The position numbers and the translations under genes are program-made. Source: a virus (taxonomy: Duplodnaviria; Caudoviricetes). From it: a stretch of DNA of 64,000 nucleotides. The stretch lies in the IMG/VR virus record IMGVR_UViG_2840851631_000003, positions 2,429 to 66,428 of that record. One strand, 5' to 3'. This document shows positions 29,266-38,960 of the stretch, piece after piece; positions within the stretch are counted from its first letter, which is position 1, and the number at the start of each line of letters is the position of its first letter. The notes beneath the pieces were generated by a model, which was not told the origin of the DNA, did not search any database, and worked only from the letters and a program-made list of their open reading frames with translations.

Positions 29266-30540
29266 CTACATGTTGAGTTTGGATTGGGTGGCAGTGCGCT
29301 TAGCGATCGGCCACAGCCTGACGATGGGATAAGTCCCGGCGTCGTTCACGTGGTCGACACCGCTCTTCTTGTCCGGCTCGCCGTTGGCGTCATACGCCTG
29401 CTGCTCTAGCCCCTCGGTAAATTTCGGACAGCGGCGAGTATTGACCTTCAGGCGCCGCTCGCCGTTCGCATTCAGCAGCATGGCGTTCGTCGACAACACG
29501 CGGTCTTTCACGGCAGGGTTGGCGGATCCGACGCTGATGGTGAAGCCGGCCTGGCGCAGGATCGACAGATCCGACTCGCTGGCGCTCTTGCTGCTCGTGT
29601 TCTGGCCGCTGGCGTCAGGGTAGACGGTGATCGCGTGGCCGGTTCGTTTCCAGCGCTCGCTGATCATGCGCGCCATTTCCGGCGTGTCCCGCACATCCAC
29701 CAGCTCATCCACGGCAATTGGGTTCCCGTCGCGGATCACATAGATCACCGCCGCCATCCTCAGCACGTTGAAGTCCATGCCGACGTGCAGCGGCTCATAA
29801 GGCTGCATCTCGGCGTCGGAATGGTTCAGCTTGCGGTCGAAGCACGGGTAGACGCTGCCACTGGCGAGGTTGCAGAACTGCCCTTTCAGGTAGGCGTCAA
29901 TCAGCTGCGGCGGGTAGGTCAGGAACAGCGAATCGATGTAGTCGTCCGGCAGGTTCGCCTCGTTGTCGTAGGTCGATGCCTGGATCAGTCCGTAGAGCGC
30001 GGCCAACTCTGGCTTGGCGGCAACCTGCTTCACGAACTGCTCGTAGACGAACTTGAAGCCCTCCGGCGTCGTGGTTACATCCACGCCGTTCTTGAGGTTG
30101 TCCACCTTGTAGCGCATCCGGGCGATGATCTTGCGCCAGGCCGCGCGCGCCTTCTCCGCCTTCATCACGTCCAGCTCATCGCAGAGCGCCTTGCCGATCT
30201 TGAAGCCGACGATAGTCTCGGGCTTCTCCATCGACCTGCAGATGGTCGTGCCGCGGTACTTGCGGCCCTCGTAGACGTGGACTTCCTTGTTCGACTCGTT
30301 GATTTTGACCTTCAAGCCCCAATCGAAAGCCACCTTCTCCACGGTCGGGTAGAAGATGTCACGGATCTGGGCGTAGGTCGGGGCGAAGTACCCGGCGTTG
30401 ATCAGCGGGTACTGCCAGAAATGCTGCATCAGGCCGCCGCAGCCTACCCAGGTCTTGCCGGAGCCGAAGCCTGCGACATAGGCACGGAACTTGTGATCCA
30501 TCGCCAGAAACTGCGATTGCGGGACATTAAGGCTTGGCAT
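29266..30540 (-). CDS. Terminase large subunit
   Basis: AGFGSGKT Walker A, LCDELD Walker B, GMDFN and DHVNDA nuclease motifs. Confidence 0.95.
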   Translation of the reverse strand: MPSLNVPQSQFLAMDHKFRAYVAGFGSGKTWVGCGGLMQHFWQYPLINAGYFAPTYAQIRDIFYPTVEKVAFDWGLKVKINESNKEVHVYEGRKYRGTTICRSMEKPETIVGFKIGKALCDELDVMKAEKARAAWRKIIARMRYKVDNLKNGVDVTTTPEGFKFVYEQFVKQVAAKPELAALYGLIQASTYDNEANLPDDYIDSLFLTYPPQLIDAYLKGQFCNLASGSVYPCFDRKLNHSDAEMQPYEPLHVGMDFNVLRMAAVIYVIRDGNPIAVDELVDVRDTPEMARMISERWKRTGHAITVYPDASGQNTSSKSASESDLSILRQAGFTISVGSANPAVKDRVLSTNAMLLNANGERRLKVNTRRCPKFTEGLEQQAYDANGEPDKKSGVDHVNDAGTYPIVRLWPIAKRTATQSKLNM

Positions 30541-31315
30541 CGTCGCCCCGCTTCCTGGCATCCTTTACCTCGACCACGATCTGAACCGGGGTCGGCTTAT
30601 CGCCATCGCCATCGTCAAGGTCACGGCGGAGCTTGTCGGTCGCAGCATGCTTGGCCGCCAGCTCGGCCTTGTGCATCTCCTCAGCCCGGCGCATCGCAGC
30701 AGCGTCCCGGAACAGGCCAATGTGCTCAGCCACCTTGTTCAGCGCCGCGAGCTGGTCGTGCATCTTCAGCTCCAGCCCTTCCTTGCCCTGCTTCACGCCG
30801 GCATAGAGCAGCCTGGCGGCGCCCTTCACACGTCGAGTGTCGCTGACGAATATCTTGCCGCGGCCTTCTCCGGCGCATTCAGGGCATTCCGGATTCGGAT
30901 CGCGGCTGGCGATGAAACCAAAGCCGCCGCCGGCATCGGGCGGTTCGTCACCCTTCTCTGCCGCCTCACGTTGAGCCCGCTCGAACTCTGCCTCGGTCCA
31001 TTGGTACTGGTGGCCGGCGCCCCAGCAGTGCCGGCAGTTGTCGCGGCGGTACTGCACCAGGTCGTTCGGGTCCGCGGTGGCAATCTGCCAATACCGAGCG
31101 AGAACTTTCTCGGGAGTGATGTCTAGCGTCCGCGCCAGCTCCTTTCTGCGCTCGCGCAGATACGCTTGAAAGTTAACGTTTGCTAACAGCCTGGCGGCAG
31201 CGGATCGGGCAACATTTTCGGCGACGCGGTAGACCTTCATGTAGGCCTCCGTCGCGTTCAAATCCTCGCTAGACAGGTATGCTTCCGCGAATTCAATTTG
31301 CTTCTTCGTCGCCAT
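30527..31315 (-). CDS. Terminase small subunit
   Basis: KQIEFAEAYL..LNATEAY N-terminus, internal Cys motifs, LKMHDQLAAL. Confidence 0.9.
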   Translation of the reverse strand: MATKKQIEFAEAYLSSEDLNATEAYMKVYRVAENVARSAAARLLANVNFQAYLRERRKELARTLDITPEKVLARYWQIATADPNDLVQYRRDNCRHCWGAGHQYQWTEAEFERAQREAAEKGDEPPDAGGGFGFIASRDPNPECPECAGEGRGKIFVSDTRRVKGAARLLYAGVKQGKEGLELKMHDQLAALNKVAEHIGLFRDAAAMRRAEEMHKAELAAKHAATDKLRRDLDDGDGDKPTPVQIVVEVKDARKRGDDAKP

Positions 31316-31455
31316 GAGGCTCTCGCCTCCTCGGCGTTGTTGTTGCCCGGATCACCTTTTGTTGAGGCGGCCGGGCCGGGATTGGTCTGTCCTGATGGAC
31401 GGCGGCGGCGTTCTGCGCCTGGTGCTAGGCTCTCGCCATCGACTGGGAGATCGCT

Positions 31456-31683
31456 ATGCAAATCGACGTCATGCCGTTCATGTTCCCGATCATTCGTGTC
31501 GGCGCATTGCTGCTGATGGCGCTGATCGTCGGAATGTTCGCTGCTGCCTACGTCAACCACCGAATGCTGCTGATGGACTACCCGGATCAGCAGCGGAGGA
31601 AGTGGCGCACGCTGGCGTTCGAGCTGAGCACTGTTTTCATCGTGGCGCTGGGATCGCTGGTGATGCTCCTGCCTACACCCTGA
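31456..31683 (+). CDS. Small 2-TM antisense protein
   Basis: 75 aa with two hydrophobic segments; GGGAGA precedes the start region. Confidence 0.5.
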   Translation: MQIDVMPFMFPIIRVGALLLMALIVGMFAAAYVNHRMLLMDYPDQQRRKWRTLAFELSTVFIVALGSLVMLLPTP

Positions 31684-31811
31684 CCATCACCGGCGCGCGG
31701 CGCCGGGGGTCTCTACGAAGTCGTCCGCATCCATAGCTAACGTCACTTGTTTCTGTTGCAGAAATGAAAAAGGCCGCGGTTGCGGCCTCTGCAATGCTTT
31801 AGGGTGACCCC

Positions 31812-32309
31812 TTAGGAAATCACCATGAACCCCTTCGGCTGCGGCTTCCCTATGCCAACCTGCATCACCGGGCTTTCGTATAAGCCCAAGGCCGCCATTT
31901 GCATCAGGATCTCAATAGAAGACGGTGCTTCAAATTTATGGCGAGCGAAGGAGCCGTGGAAATCATTCAGCCAGCCATTTTTATTGATCCATGCCTTGTA
32001 AACAGACACATCCTGATCATCGCCAGCGTAGACAAAATCAAGCAGAAGGGCGAGCTCTCCGAACTCCTCACTGGACGCAACGGCCTTTGCCCGCAGCTCA
32101 ATTGGCCATCCGAAAATCTCGAGCCCAAGTCCACTTTCGGAAACCCCTACACTCTTTACGATACCTGTGATGCCCGAGCCAGCCATGGCCGAAAACCATG
32201 CTGGCAATGAATTTTCGAAGGTTTCCTTATAGCCAAGCAGTCGTTCACAGATTTCCGCTGAATCGAACTGAAGCTGGACAGCTTTTCTCAGTCTCTCTTG
32301 CATATTCAC
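31812..32309 (-). CDS. Hypothetical moron protein
   Basis: 165-aa AT-richer ORF followed by a terminator hairpin at ~31762-31788. Confidence 0.65.
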   Translation of the reverse strand: MNMQERLRKAVQLQFDSAEICERLLGYKETFENSLPAWFSAMAGSGITGIVKSVGVSESGLGLEIFGWPIELRAKAVASSEEFGELALLLDFVYAGDDQDVSVYKAWINKNGWLNDFHGSFARHKFEAPSSIEILMQMAALGLYESPVMQVGIGKPQPKGFMVIS

Positions 32310-32360
32310 ATTACTCCATAGTCATGGAGCAACATTATGCCACCCGGAAGGCGCATACAG

Positions 32361-32795
32361 CTACAAGACAACTGTTCGTATGCATCCGCCGCTGTACACA
32401 TCCATGGTTATCGCCACCTCCACGGCGCGAGGAGCATTTGCCCCAGCGCGCATAGCCGCCAGCGCTGGGATCTTGCCGGAGCCGATGGCCATGGGTGCGG
32501 GCCAGGACTCTGGCGTGAGGCACTCATCGCTCACCATGATCAGGCGCTCTCCATCCCAAACCAGGGCGGCAAAGTCGGCGTTTTCGCCAGGTTGCTCAGC
32601 GAGGCCTTCAATCCATGCCAGCGCGCCAGGTACGCTGCGAGTGACCCCTGCCATTCCGATGATGACCGGGCGCCCACTCCAGCGGTTGGTTTCCAGTCGG
32701 TGCAATTTCTGCAGGTCGTCAGCCAGGATGACGTCCTCGGCCGTAGCGCGGCCGTCCGCGGCCATAGTGATGCCGTCGAATGCGATGGTAGTCAT
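32361..32795 (-). CDS. HslV/proteasome-like Ntn-hydrolase-fold protein
   Basis: M-TTIAF..., AADGRAT and AIGSG resemble HslV TTI..AGDGQAT..AIGSG. Confidence 0.65.
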   Translation of the reverse strand: MTTIAFDGITMAADGRATAEDVILADDLQKLHRLETNRWSGRPVIIGMAGVTRSVPGALAWIEGLAEQPGENADFAALVWDGERLIMVSDECLTPESWPAPMAIGSGKIPALAAMRAGANAPRAVEVAITMDVYSGGCIRTVVL

Positions 32796-32905
32796 GTGCT
32801 ATCTCGGAGGGGGTCGTTAATACCACTTGGCCGTTTTGATGCGTTTTTGCCGGGGGAATACCCGACCCTGTTAATACCAGTTGCGTTTTCGGGCTGCGCA
32901 TGGGG

Positions 32906-33103
32906 TTAATGCAGCGGCTCCGGCTCCCTGCCGGGGAAATGGATGGTCATGCACTCCATCGCAATCGCCACCGCGCGCCGTTGGATCACCTCCATCCGGT
33001 GCGGACTGATCGACTGGCCGGCGTACTCGGCCACAAGGGCGGCGATCCGCTCCTCGGCGGTCGCGCTGTCGAACTGGACGCGGGCGGTGATGGGCTGGGT
33101 CAT
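32906..33103 (-). CDS. Hypothetical protein
   Basis: 65-aa ORF with a GGAGG RBS. Confidence 0.6.
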   Translation of the reverse strand: MTQPITARVQFDSATAEERIAALVAEYAGQSISPHRMEVIQRRAVAIAMECMTIHFPGREPEPLH

Positions 33104-33105
33104 GG

Positions 33106-33339
33106 CTACCTCCGTACCAGTTTGATGAGTGCGCGGCGGGTGAACGTGGCGTGCTGCCGGTTACGGTGGAATCGCACCGTGATTTCGTCGCCGTCGCGGG
33201 CGATGACTCGGCAGCGCGTGCCGGTGATTAGCACCAGCTCGGCGCCACGTCCCCAGGGCGCAGCCTCGTAAACGATGGTTGTGTGACGTAGCCGCATTCG
33301 GGCCTCGGTAATGAAAAAGCCCCGCGATGTGCGGGGCAT
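33106..33339 (-). CDS. Hypothetical basic protein
   Basis: 77-aa ORF; the true start is probably at MRLRH because the 5-prime part overlaps a terminator. Confidence 0.45.
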   Translation of the reverse strand: MPRTSRGFFITEARMRLRHTTIVYEAAPWGRGAELVLITGTRCRVIARDGDEITVRFHRNRQHATFTRRALIKLVRR

Positions 33340-33505
33340 GGTGGAAGGTGCCGGTTTTGCGGGTTGCTCACGACGGGAGAGCCGGCGTCCGTGTTGCCAG
33401 GTTTAGCCGCTACTGGTGGTTACGGTGTCGGCGGCGATGGCCTAGCGATTCTTAATTTATGACAAACATGCGATAATTTAGCCTCACAAACATGGAGTCA
33501 TACTA

Positions 33506-33703
33506 ATGAAACTTGACGACAAGCAGATTTTGGCGCTCCAGCTGGCTGCCAACTATCTTTCGGGGAGCACTGAAAATGGTCCTAGCAAAAGCGAAGCCGT
33601 ACAAATTTTCAACATGGCCGAATTGATTCTGGAAGAGCTGCAGAAAAGACAAGAGATGCCCAATAGTAGGTTCTGTGAGAAGGAGGACTTCTTCACTTCC
33701 TAA
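33506..33703 (+). CDS. Hypothetical antisense moron
   Basis: 65 aa with a GGAG RBS, followed by a hairpin at ~33706-33735. Confidence 0.6.
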   Translation: MKLDDKQILALQLAANYLSGSTENGPSKSEAVQIFNMAELILEELQKRQEMPNSRFCEKEDFFTS

Positions 33704-33841
33704 AAGGAAAGCCCCGCGGCGAAACCGTGGGGCTTATGCATTTCCGTCGGACGTGACAAACCACCCGCAAGGGTGGCATCTCAAACCGTTCGACGGTCAA
33801 TCAAATTGTTAGTGTAATGTTATATCGTCTCATATTTCACG

Positions 33842-34357
33842 TCAAGCTCTCATGTTCCGCTTGGCACGATTCCATACCTCTTGTGTCAGCTTGGCCACAA
33901 TCGCGTCGTACTGCGCGGCGTGCATGCCCAGCCGGTCGCGCCTGAATCGGAGATCAGGCAGCTTGAACGTGCCGGCGGCGTCGACCTTGCCGCGGTAATG
34001 GTTCAGCAGTATGTCGCGCTCGTTCACGCTGCAGCCATTCGTCACGCGGGCCCGGCCGCCGCCCATCGACACCCGCATCGTGCCGTAGCTGATGGCGCGC
34101 TCCACGGCCAGCACCAGGCGCAGGTCCAGCACCTCGCCGGTGCCCTTGAGATATCGGCAGGCCTCGCACGGATCGTCATCCTCGAAACAGGTTGGGCAGC
34201 GGTTCGTGCGGAACTTGCCCTCCAGCCCTGGCGAGCGATCCTTGCCGTTTCCCTGCCGCTGCCACTTCCCCCACTGCTCCAGCGCGAGGATCGCCTTCAA
34301 CTTGTCGTCGTGTTCCAGTTCGTTCATCACCATTGCACTGCCCCTTTCACATTCCAA
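33842..34357 (-). CDS. Putative late antiterminator (Q-like)
   Basis: Last gene of the nin region; LEQWGKW start, Cys motif, HTH-like C-terminus. Called mainly from position. Confidence 0.5.
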   Translation of the reverse strand: MECERGSAMVMNELEHDDKLKAILALEQWGKWQRQGNGKDRSPGLEGKFRTNRCPTCFEDDDPCEACRYLKGTGEVLDLRLVLAVERAISYGTMRVSMGGGRARVTNGCSVNERDILLNHYRGKVDAAGTFKLPDLRFRRDRLGMHAAQYDAIVAKLTQEVWNRAKRNMRA

Positions 34358-34802
34358 ACCGACCGATCAGCGCGGCCTCGGCGCGGCCGTCGTCTTTCAC
34401 CCTGGCGAACAGGCCGGCCTGGGCCGGGAACAGCTCCGCGGCGCGCGCCCGGCTGCCGTCTTTGCCATCTTTGCGGCCTGCCCGCTTCTGCCACTGCTGA
34501 GGTGTGACGAACGATACCGGCAGACCCAGGCCAGCGCAGACGCCCTCTACGATGCCGGCGCTCTTGCCGAAGTTGAACATGCTGGTGACGCCTTGGCCGC
34601 TCATTGCGCCGACCTTTTCGATCACCACATGTGCGCCGGCATGCTGCCTGAGTAAGCTGGCTAGCAGCGCCGGCGACACGCTCCGCTTGGTGGTCTTGCC
34701 GCTCTTCAGCTCCACAACCGGCATGTCGTAGACGGCCAGCAGCTGGTCTCCGTCCAGCACCGCGATGGCGCCGTTGATGCCCGGGTCGATTCCCAACCTC
34801 AC
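34347..34802 (-). CDS. RuvC-like Holliday junction resolvase
   Basis: GTG start; LGIDPG..GAI, VIEKV, DGRAEAALI. Confidence 0.88.
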   Translation of the reverse strand: MRLGIDPGINGAIAVLDGDQLLAVYDMPVVELKSGKTTKRSVSPALLASLLRQHAGAHVVIEKVGAMSGQGVTSMFNFGKSAGIVEGVCAGLGLPVSFVTPQQWQKRAGRKDGKDGSRARAAELFPAQAGLFARVKDDGRAEAALIGRFGM

Positions 34803-36295
34803 GCTGCCGCCCTCCACTTCCCGTTTACGATGTGGATCAGCGTCCTCTTGCCGCTCGCGTACTGAACGCAATGCGTGTGCCGCCAACCGGACAGCCCGGT
34901 GTTGTAGCCCATGGCCATCTGCGAGGACGTGCCGACCTGGTAGACGCCATCGGCGATGCCTGGCGTGTGGCTGTGGCCGATCACCAGCTTGGCGCCTGCC
35001 TTGGTCATGCCATGCAAGCTGCCGCGCGCGCCGTTGATCCCCTTGTCTCCGTGCTGGCCGTACTCCACGCCGTCGACGATAAATGACTCGTCGCGGCGCA
35101 GGAAACGGATATTGCCGCTATCCGGCAGCAGCTTCCGCACCCAGTATTCCAGCGGATCCAGCTCGCGGCCGGCGGCCAGCGCCTTCAGCATTTCCAGCTT
35201 GGTCTCGTGGTACACGATGGCGTTTTGCACGTCCTGGGCGTTCTGGTGGTTTTCCAGCCAGCGGTAGATGTGCTCGTTGTGGTTGCTGCCGGCCAGCACC
35301 ACCTCGGCGCCGGTGGCTGCGATTCGGCCCAGCAGATCAGCCGTTGCGCACAGCTCGCCATAGACGTCATCGTTGCCGGCGCGGCGCAGCTTGAACCGCT
35401 CGAAATAGTCGTTGTGATGGCTGGCGCTTTGGAAATCCAGCACGTCATGCAGGACGATGGTTTCCGGCTGCAGCGCGTTGACCATACTGTCGACGCCGAA
35501 CACGGCAGCCTCCAGCACCTCCGGATCGTGGCGGACACCGTGCAGGTCGCCCAGAGCCAACACGCGGGCGCGGTGGCTCGCGCGCTTGGCGTTGCTGGCG
35601 CTGTATTTCTGGTCCAGGTCGTAGAAAGAGCCGTCTTTGCCGGCGTTCAGGTGGCGGAAATGGGCGGCGCGGCCGTCCCACTCCACCACAACAGCGCCCT
35701 GCACCTGGTGGAACTCGCCCTTCTTGCCGGCTTTGCTCTTGCTGTATACCGGTTCGGTGACGGCGCCCGTGGTCATCACCAGCTTGGCGGCGTGGCCGAT
35801 GGCGACCGGCACGCTCTCCAGCGCGATCTTGGGATGCGCAAAAATGCCGTGGCTGTCGCCGCTCATCGTGTGCAGGCCGGACAGCGGGCGCACCGCGGTC
35901 GGCTGCGTCGGCACGTCGGCCAGCAGCAGTACGCCCGGGCACAGCTCCAGCCGGTCGGCGGCCATGTACCGGGCCAGCTCCGGCGCGAACCACTCGTGCG
36001 GTTTTTCGAGGTTGCTCGTCGGGTTGCGGTAGGCCACCGGCACGACGATCAGCCTGGCGCCGTTCTCACGGCAGTATTGCTGCAGGCTCTTGAGGAACGG
36101 GGCATGCACCGGCGAGCCCGACACGGCGCAGGTGATGACGAATCTGTTGCCGTCCGCCGGCTTGGCCACTGTCGCAGCCTGGGCGGCACGGGCGCGGAAC
36201 GTCCGTCCGCAGGCTTTGCACATGTAGCGCTGCGCCGCGGCGGAGTGAACGCCATGCGGGCCGGCGTCGTTGCAATTCGGGCAATTAAGCTGCAT
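34799..36295 (-). CDS. Zinc ribbon plus metallophosphoesterase-fold protein (T5 A1-like)
   Basis: CPNC..CKAC N-terminus; GDLH, HDVLD, GSNH, HGDKG, GHSH. Confidence 0.7.
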   Translation of the reverse strand: MQLNCPNCNDAGPHGVHSAAAQRYMCKACGRTFRARAAQAATVAKPADGNRFVITCAVSGSPVHAPFLKSLQQYCRENGARLIVVPVAYRNPTSNLEKPHEWFAPELARYMAADRLELCPGVLLLADVPTQPTAVRPLSGLHTMSGDSHGIFAHPKIALESVPVAIGHAAKLVMTTGAVTEPVYSKSKAGKKGEFHQVQGAVVVEWDGRAAHFRHLNAGKDGSFYDLDQKYSASNAKRASHRARVLALGDLHGVRHDPEVLEAAVFGVDSMVNALQPETIVLHDVLDFQSASHHNDYFERFKLRRAGNDDVYGELCATADLLGRIAATGAEVVLAGSNHNEHIYRWLENHQNAQDVQNAIVYHETKLEMLKALAAGRELDPLEYWVRKLLPDSGNIRFLRRDESFIVDGVEYGQHGDKGINGARGSLHGMTKAGAKLVIGHSHTPGIADGVYQVGTSSQMAMGYNTGLSGWRHTHCVQYASGKRTLIHIVNGKWRAAA

Positions 36296-36473
36296 TCAAT
36301 TCCCTTTCGTTCATCAATCGCTCCGCTTCCGTCTTCGCTGCGCCGGCCGTGGTGTAGCGGCCCAGGAACTGCGGCCACTCCCAAAGCTCGTAATACGGCA
36401 CTGCGGCCAGGGCGTAGCGGAATATCCGCCAGTCGCCGCATGCCAGGCATTCGCCCTGCTGAGTCCATTTCAT
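36285..36473 (-). CDS. Hypothetical nin-region protein
   Basis: MKWTQQGE..., coupled to its neighbours. Confidence 0.55.
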   Translation of the reverse strand: MKWTQQGECLACGDWRIFRYALAAVPYYELWEWPQFLGRYTTAGAAKTEAERLMNERELNAA

Positions 36474-36571
36474 TCGTCGCCGCCGCTGTCTTTGTGCTTG
36501 AGGTAAACAAGCCACGCCAAGAACCCAAAGAAGATGCCCATCTGCAAGACATTCGCTACGTTGTCGCTCAT
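36470..36571 (-). CDS. 33-aa single-TM peptide
   Basis: Hand translation MSDNVANVLQMGIFFGFLAWLVYLKHKDSGGDE; ATGA overlaps on both sides. Confidence 0.5.
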   Translation of the reverse strand: MSDNVANVLQMGIFFGFLAWLVYLKHKDSGGDE

Positions 36572-36954
36572 GCAGCCCCCTTTATCGTGATCAGCCCCTT
36601 GGCCAGCAGCCGGCGCCAGGTGCGCACCATCCCGCGGCGCATGTAGAAATCCTTCTCGCCCGGCTGCCAGGCGTGCGGCGCGCGGCCGTCGATGGCGTCA
36701 TGGCAGGCGCTGCAGCCATAGCAGCTGGAAACATCGTCCGCCTTGCGCGCCATGCCGTGGCTCTCATCAGGCAGATGGCACAGGACCGTGGTGTCGGTGC
36801 GGCCATTGCAGATGCCGGCGATCTGCAGTGTGCAGACCTCGCCGGCGGCGCTGTCGCGGATGGCCTTGCTGGTGATGCGCCCAGTCTCGCGCCGGCCAGT
36901 GCCAGGCGTGGAGCCGGGGCGCGGGACGATCTTGGATGGTGTTGCAGTGCTCAT
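36568..36954 (-). CDS. DUF1364/YbcO-like HNH-fold protein
   Basis: SAAGEVCTLQIAGIC..TTVLCH, CSACHDAIDGR. Confidence 0.85.
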   Translation of the reverse strand: MSTATPSKIVPRPGSTPGTGRRETGRITSKAIRDSAAGEVCTLQIAGICNGRTDTTVLCHLPDESHGMARKADDVSSCYGCSACHDAIDGRAPHAWQPGEKDFYMRRGMVRTWRRLLAKGLITIKGAA

Positions 36955-37048
36955 AGACCGCTCCCGCGTGCGAGGCCCAGCGCCCAGGCGCCGGCCAGGG
37001 TTATGGCCGCGGTCAGCAGCACTACGGCCATCGCCTTCTGAAGCTCTG

Positions 37049-37486
37049 TCATGCTGCCTTCCTCCCATACGCTGAGCCCAACCCGAATTTCACACCCTTC
37101 TCAGCGCCGAACGCATGGATCAACTCCAGCAGCTCTCCCATCTCGCGGATGCTCATGTCGCTGGTGCGCTGTCCGAGGATCACGAACCCGCTGCCGTCGA
37201 TGTTCGGCACCGCCTTCGTCCGGCGCAGGCTGGCGGTCAGCAAATCCTTCCACTCCTCCGGAGTCAGCTTGTTGCCGTACCAGTCCAGCTGTTCGCTGAT
37301 GTCGGTCAGCGCGGCCCACATGGCAGCGTTCTGGCTCAGGTTGCGGATGCTGGCGGTTTGGATCGTGACCTTCAGACCCCTGCCATCGGCGGCCTCATTC
37401 AGCATCTGGCACGCCAGCTGATATGCGCGGGCCATGCGCGGCCGGAGATCGGCTCCGGTCTGGATGGTGAGCGTTTCCCGGCTCAT
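37049..37486 (-). CDS. ninB: NinB-family recombination protein
   Basis: RNLSQNAAMWAALTDISEQ, LGQRTSDMS..EM.ELLELIHAFG. Confidence 0.88.
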   Translation of the reverse strand: MSRETLTIQTGADLRPRMARAYQLACQMLNEAADGRGLKVTIQTASIRNLSQNAAMWAALTDISEQLDWYGNKLTPEEWKDLLTASLRRTKAVPNIDGSGFVILGQRTSDMSIREMGELLELIHAFGAEKGVKFGLGSAYGRKAA

Positions 37487-38151
37487 GCAGCCTCCCGCGG
37501 CACCGCCGAGCGCTGGTCGACGAGCCTCAGGATTTTGTTCGCTTGCTCCGCCCCCATCTCGTTCCGCTCCAGCAGCGGTCGCGAGGAGCCAGCCAGCATG
37601 ACGGTCTTGGCAATTGCGGGATTGCCCAGCAGCATGGGCGGCTCGCAGCGCAACCCAGCCTTGCGGTTATCGGCTTCGAACTGGCCGATCATCACCGGCG
37701 GATACTCCGGCACCTCTTGCCGGCCAGCGAATGCGCGGTAACGGCTTTCGAAATCGCGAGCTACGAATGGCCATTCGTCCTCGGTTTTCGTGCCTAGGGC
37801 GATCCAGCCGCCCATTTCCGCCAGCGCGCGGTGGATCAGCGGGTCGTCGAACACTACGCTGCGGTAGGTGCCGACGTGGCGCAGTGCCTTGTCGACCTTG
37901 TGCCAGGCCTGCAGGGCCTTGTCCTGGCTCGACCCGGCAGTCATGCGAATCAGGTCGGCCGGCTTGGGCATGAACTGGCCGTTGTCGGGGCTGGTGACGT
38001 GGCGGTTCATGGCCTCGCGGAACACGGCCAGGTCCAGATGCTTCAGGGCGTTCCAGTAGATCGTGATCGCGGGCGTCGTCAGCGGCTTGCCGTAAAGCTC
38101 GGCGACCGCCTGGAGCAGGCTGACGAATGTGTCGTAGTCGTTCTGTTGCAT
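37483..38151 (-). CDS. Replication accessory protein (DUF6475-like)
   Basis: FMPKPADL, SVVFDDPLIH; directly after the replication initiator. Confidence 0.75.
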   Translation of the reverse strand: MQQNDYDTFVSLLQAVAELYGKPLTTPAITIYWNALKHLDLAVFREAMNRHVTSPDNGQFMPKPADLIRMTAGSSQDKALQAWHKVDKALRHVGTYRSVVFDDPLIHRALAEMGGWIALGTKTEDEWPFVARDFESRYRAFAGRQEVPEYPPVMIGQFEADNRKAGLRCEPPMLLGNPAIAKTVMLAGSSRPLLERNEMGAEQANKILRLVDQRSAVPREAA

Positions 38152-38153
38152 GG

Positions 38154-38960
38154 TCAGGCATCCGTAGGTTGGTCGCCGAAGAGCACCCGCTTAGCCTCTT
38201 CGGCAGCGGCACGGTTCTGTTCGGCAAGAGTTGGTTTGCCGCTGGCCGGGCGGCTGGATTGAGGGGTGTCGCGCTGCAGCCATTCGGCCTTGAAGCCCCG
38301 CCACCCGCGCTCGGCTGCAATCTGGATGGCCTGGGCCAATGTCAGCCGCGCCTTGGCAGCCTCTCGCTCAATGCCTTCAAGGGCTGTGGCAGTCAGCGGG
38401 GCGCGCTGAGCCTTGCGGACGGCCAGGAAGTCGGCGGCGTGCTGGGGGGCGACACCCTTCGCCTTCAGGTCTTTAGCCGTGATGGTCTTGGACTCAACGT
38501 CGCTGGCGTCAGCCGGCGGCGTATTGGTTTTACTACTATCTGCGTAACTATCTGGTAAGCCATCTGGTATAGGTTCGCCCTTCTGGGCGTTTCGTTTTGC
38601 CCTTTTGGGCGCTTCCATTTGCCCATTTGGGCAGATGATATGCCCGTTTAGGAAAATGGATTCGTCCACGAAGGCATACCACAAAGTCCGGTCATAGCCC
38701 TGGTCGTTGTAGTTGCCCTTCATGATCACGCCATGACGCACGAGGCTGTCCAAAACCCGGCGGATTTGCTTCTCAGACAGGTATGGGAACAGCTCGCCAA
38801 ATGCCTTGATGCTGTTGTATGTCCAAGTCCGTCCGTCGTAGAGGTGGCGCGCGTTTGCCTTGTTCTTGGCGATCCAGAACGCCATGTTGTTGATGAACAC
38901 TGCCTCCTCTACGCCATACATGGCGGCATGGGCGATATCGAACGAGTGGACTACGCTCAT
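38154..38960 (-). CDS. Replication initiator (O-like, winged HTH)
   Basis: WTYNSIKAF..LFPYLSEKQIRR, RTLWY; C-terminal A.RGWRGFKAEW. Confidence 0.8.
   Translation of the reverse strand: MSVVHSFDIAHAAMYGVEEAVFINNMAFWIAKNKANARHLYDGRTWTYNSIKAFGELFPYLSEKQIRRVLDSLVRHGVIMKGNYNDQGYDRTLWYAFVDESIFLNGHIICPNGQMEAPKRAKRNAQKGEPIPDGLPDSYADSSKTNTPPADASDVESKTITAKDLKAKGVAPQHAADFLAVRKAQRAPLTATALEGIEREAAKARLTLAQAIQIAAERGWRGFKAEWLQRDTPQSSRPASGKPTLAEQNRAAAEEAKRVLFGDQPTDA

Noticed and set aside
32816-32879. Direct repeat GTTAATACCA (two copies) upstream of the Ntn gene
   Set aside because: Only two 10-nt copies, with no basis for assigning a pac, operator or iteron role.
33339-33440. Possible minus-strand tRNA ending in CCA (TCCACCA)
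   Set aside because: No TTCRA T-loop and no cloverleaf could be built.
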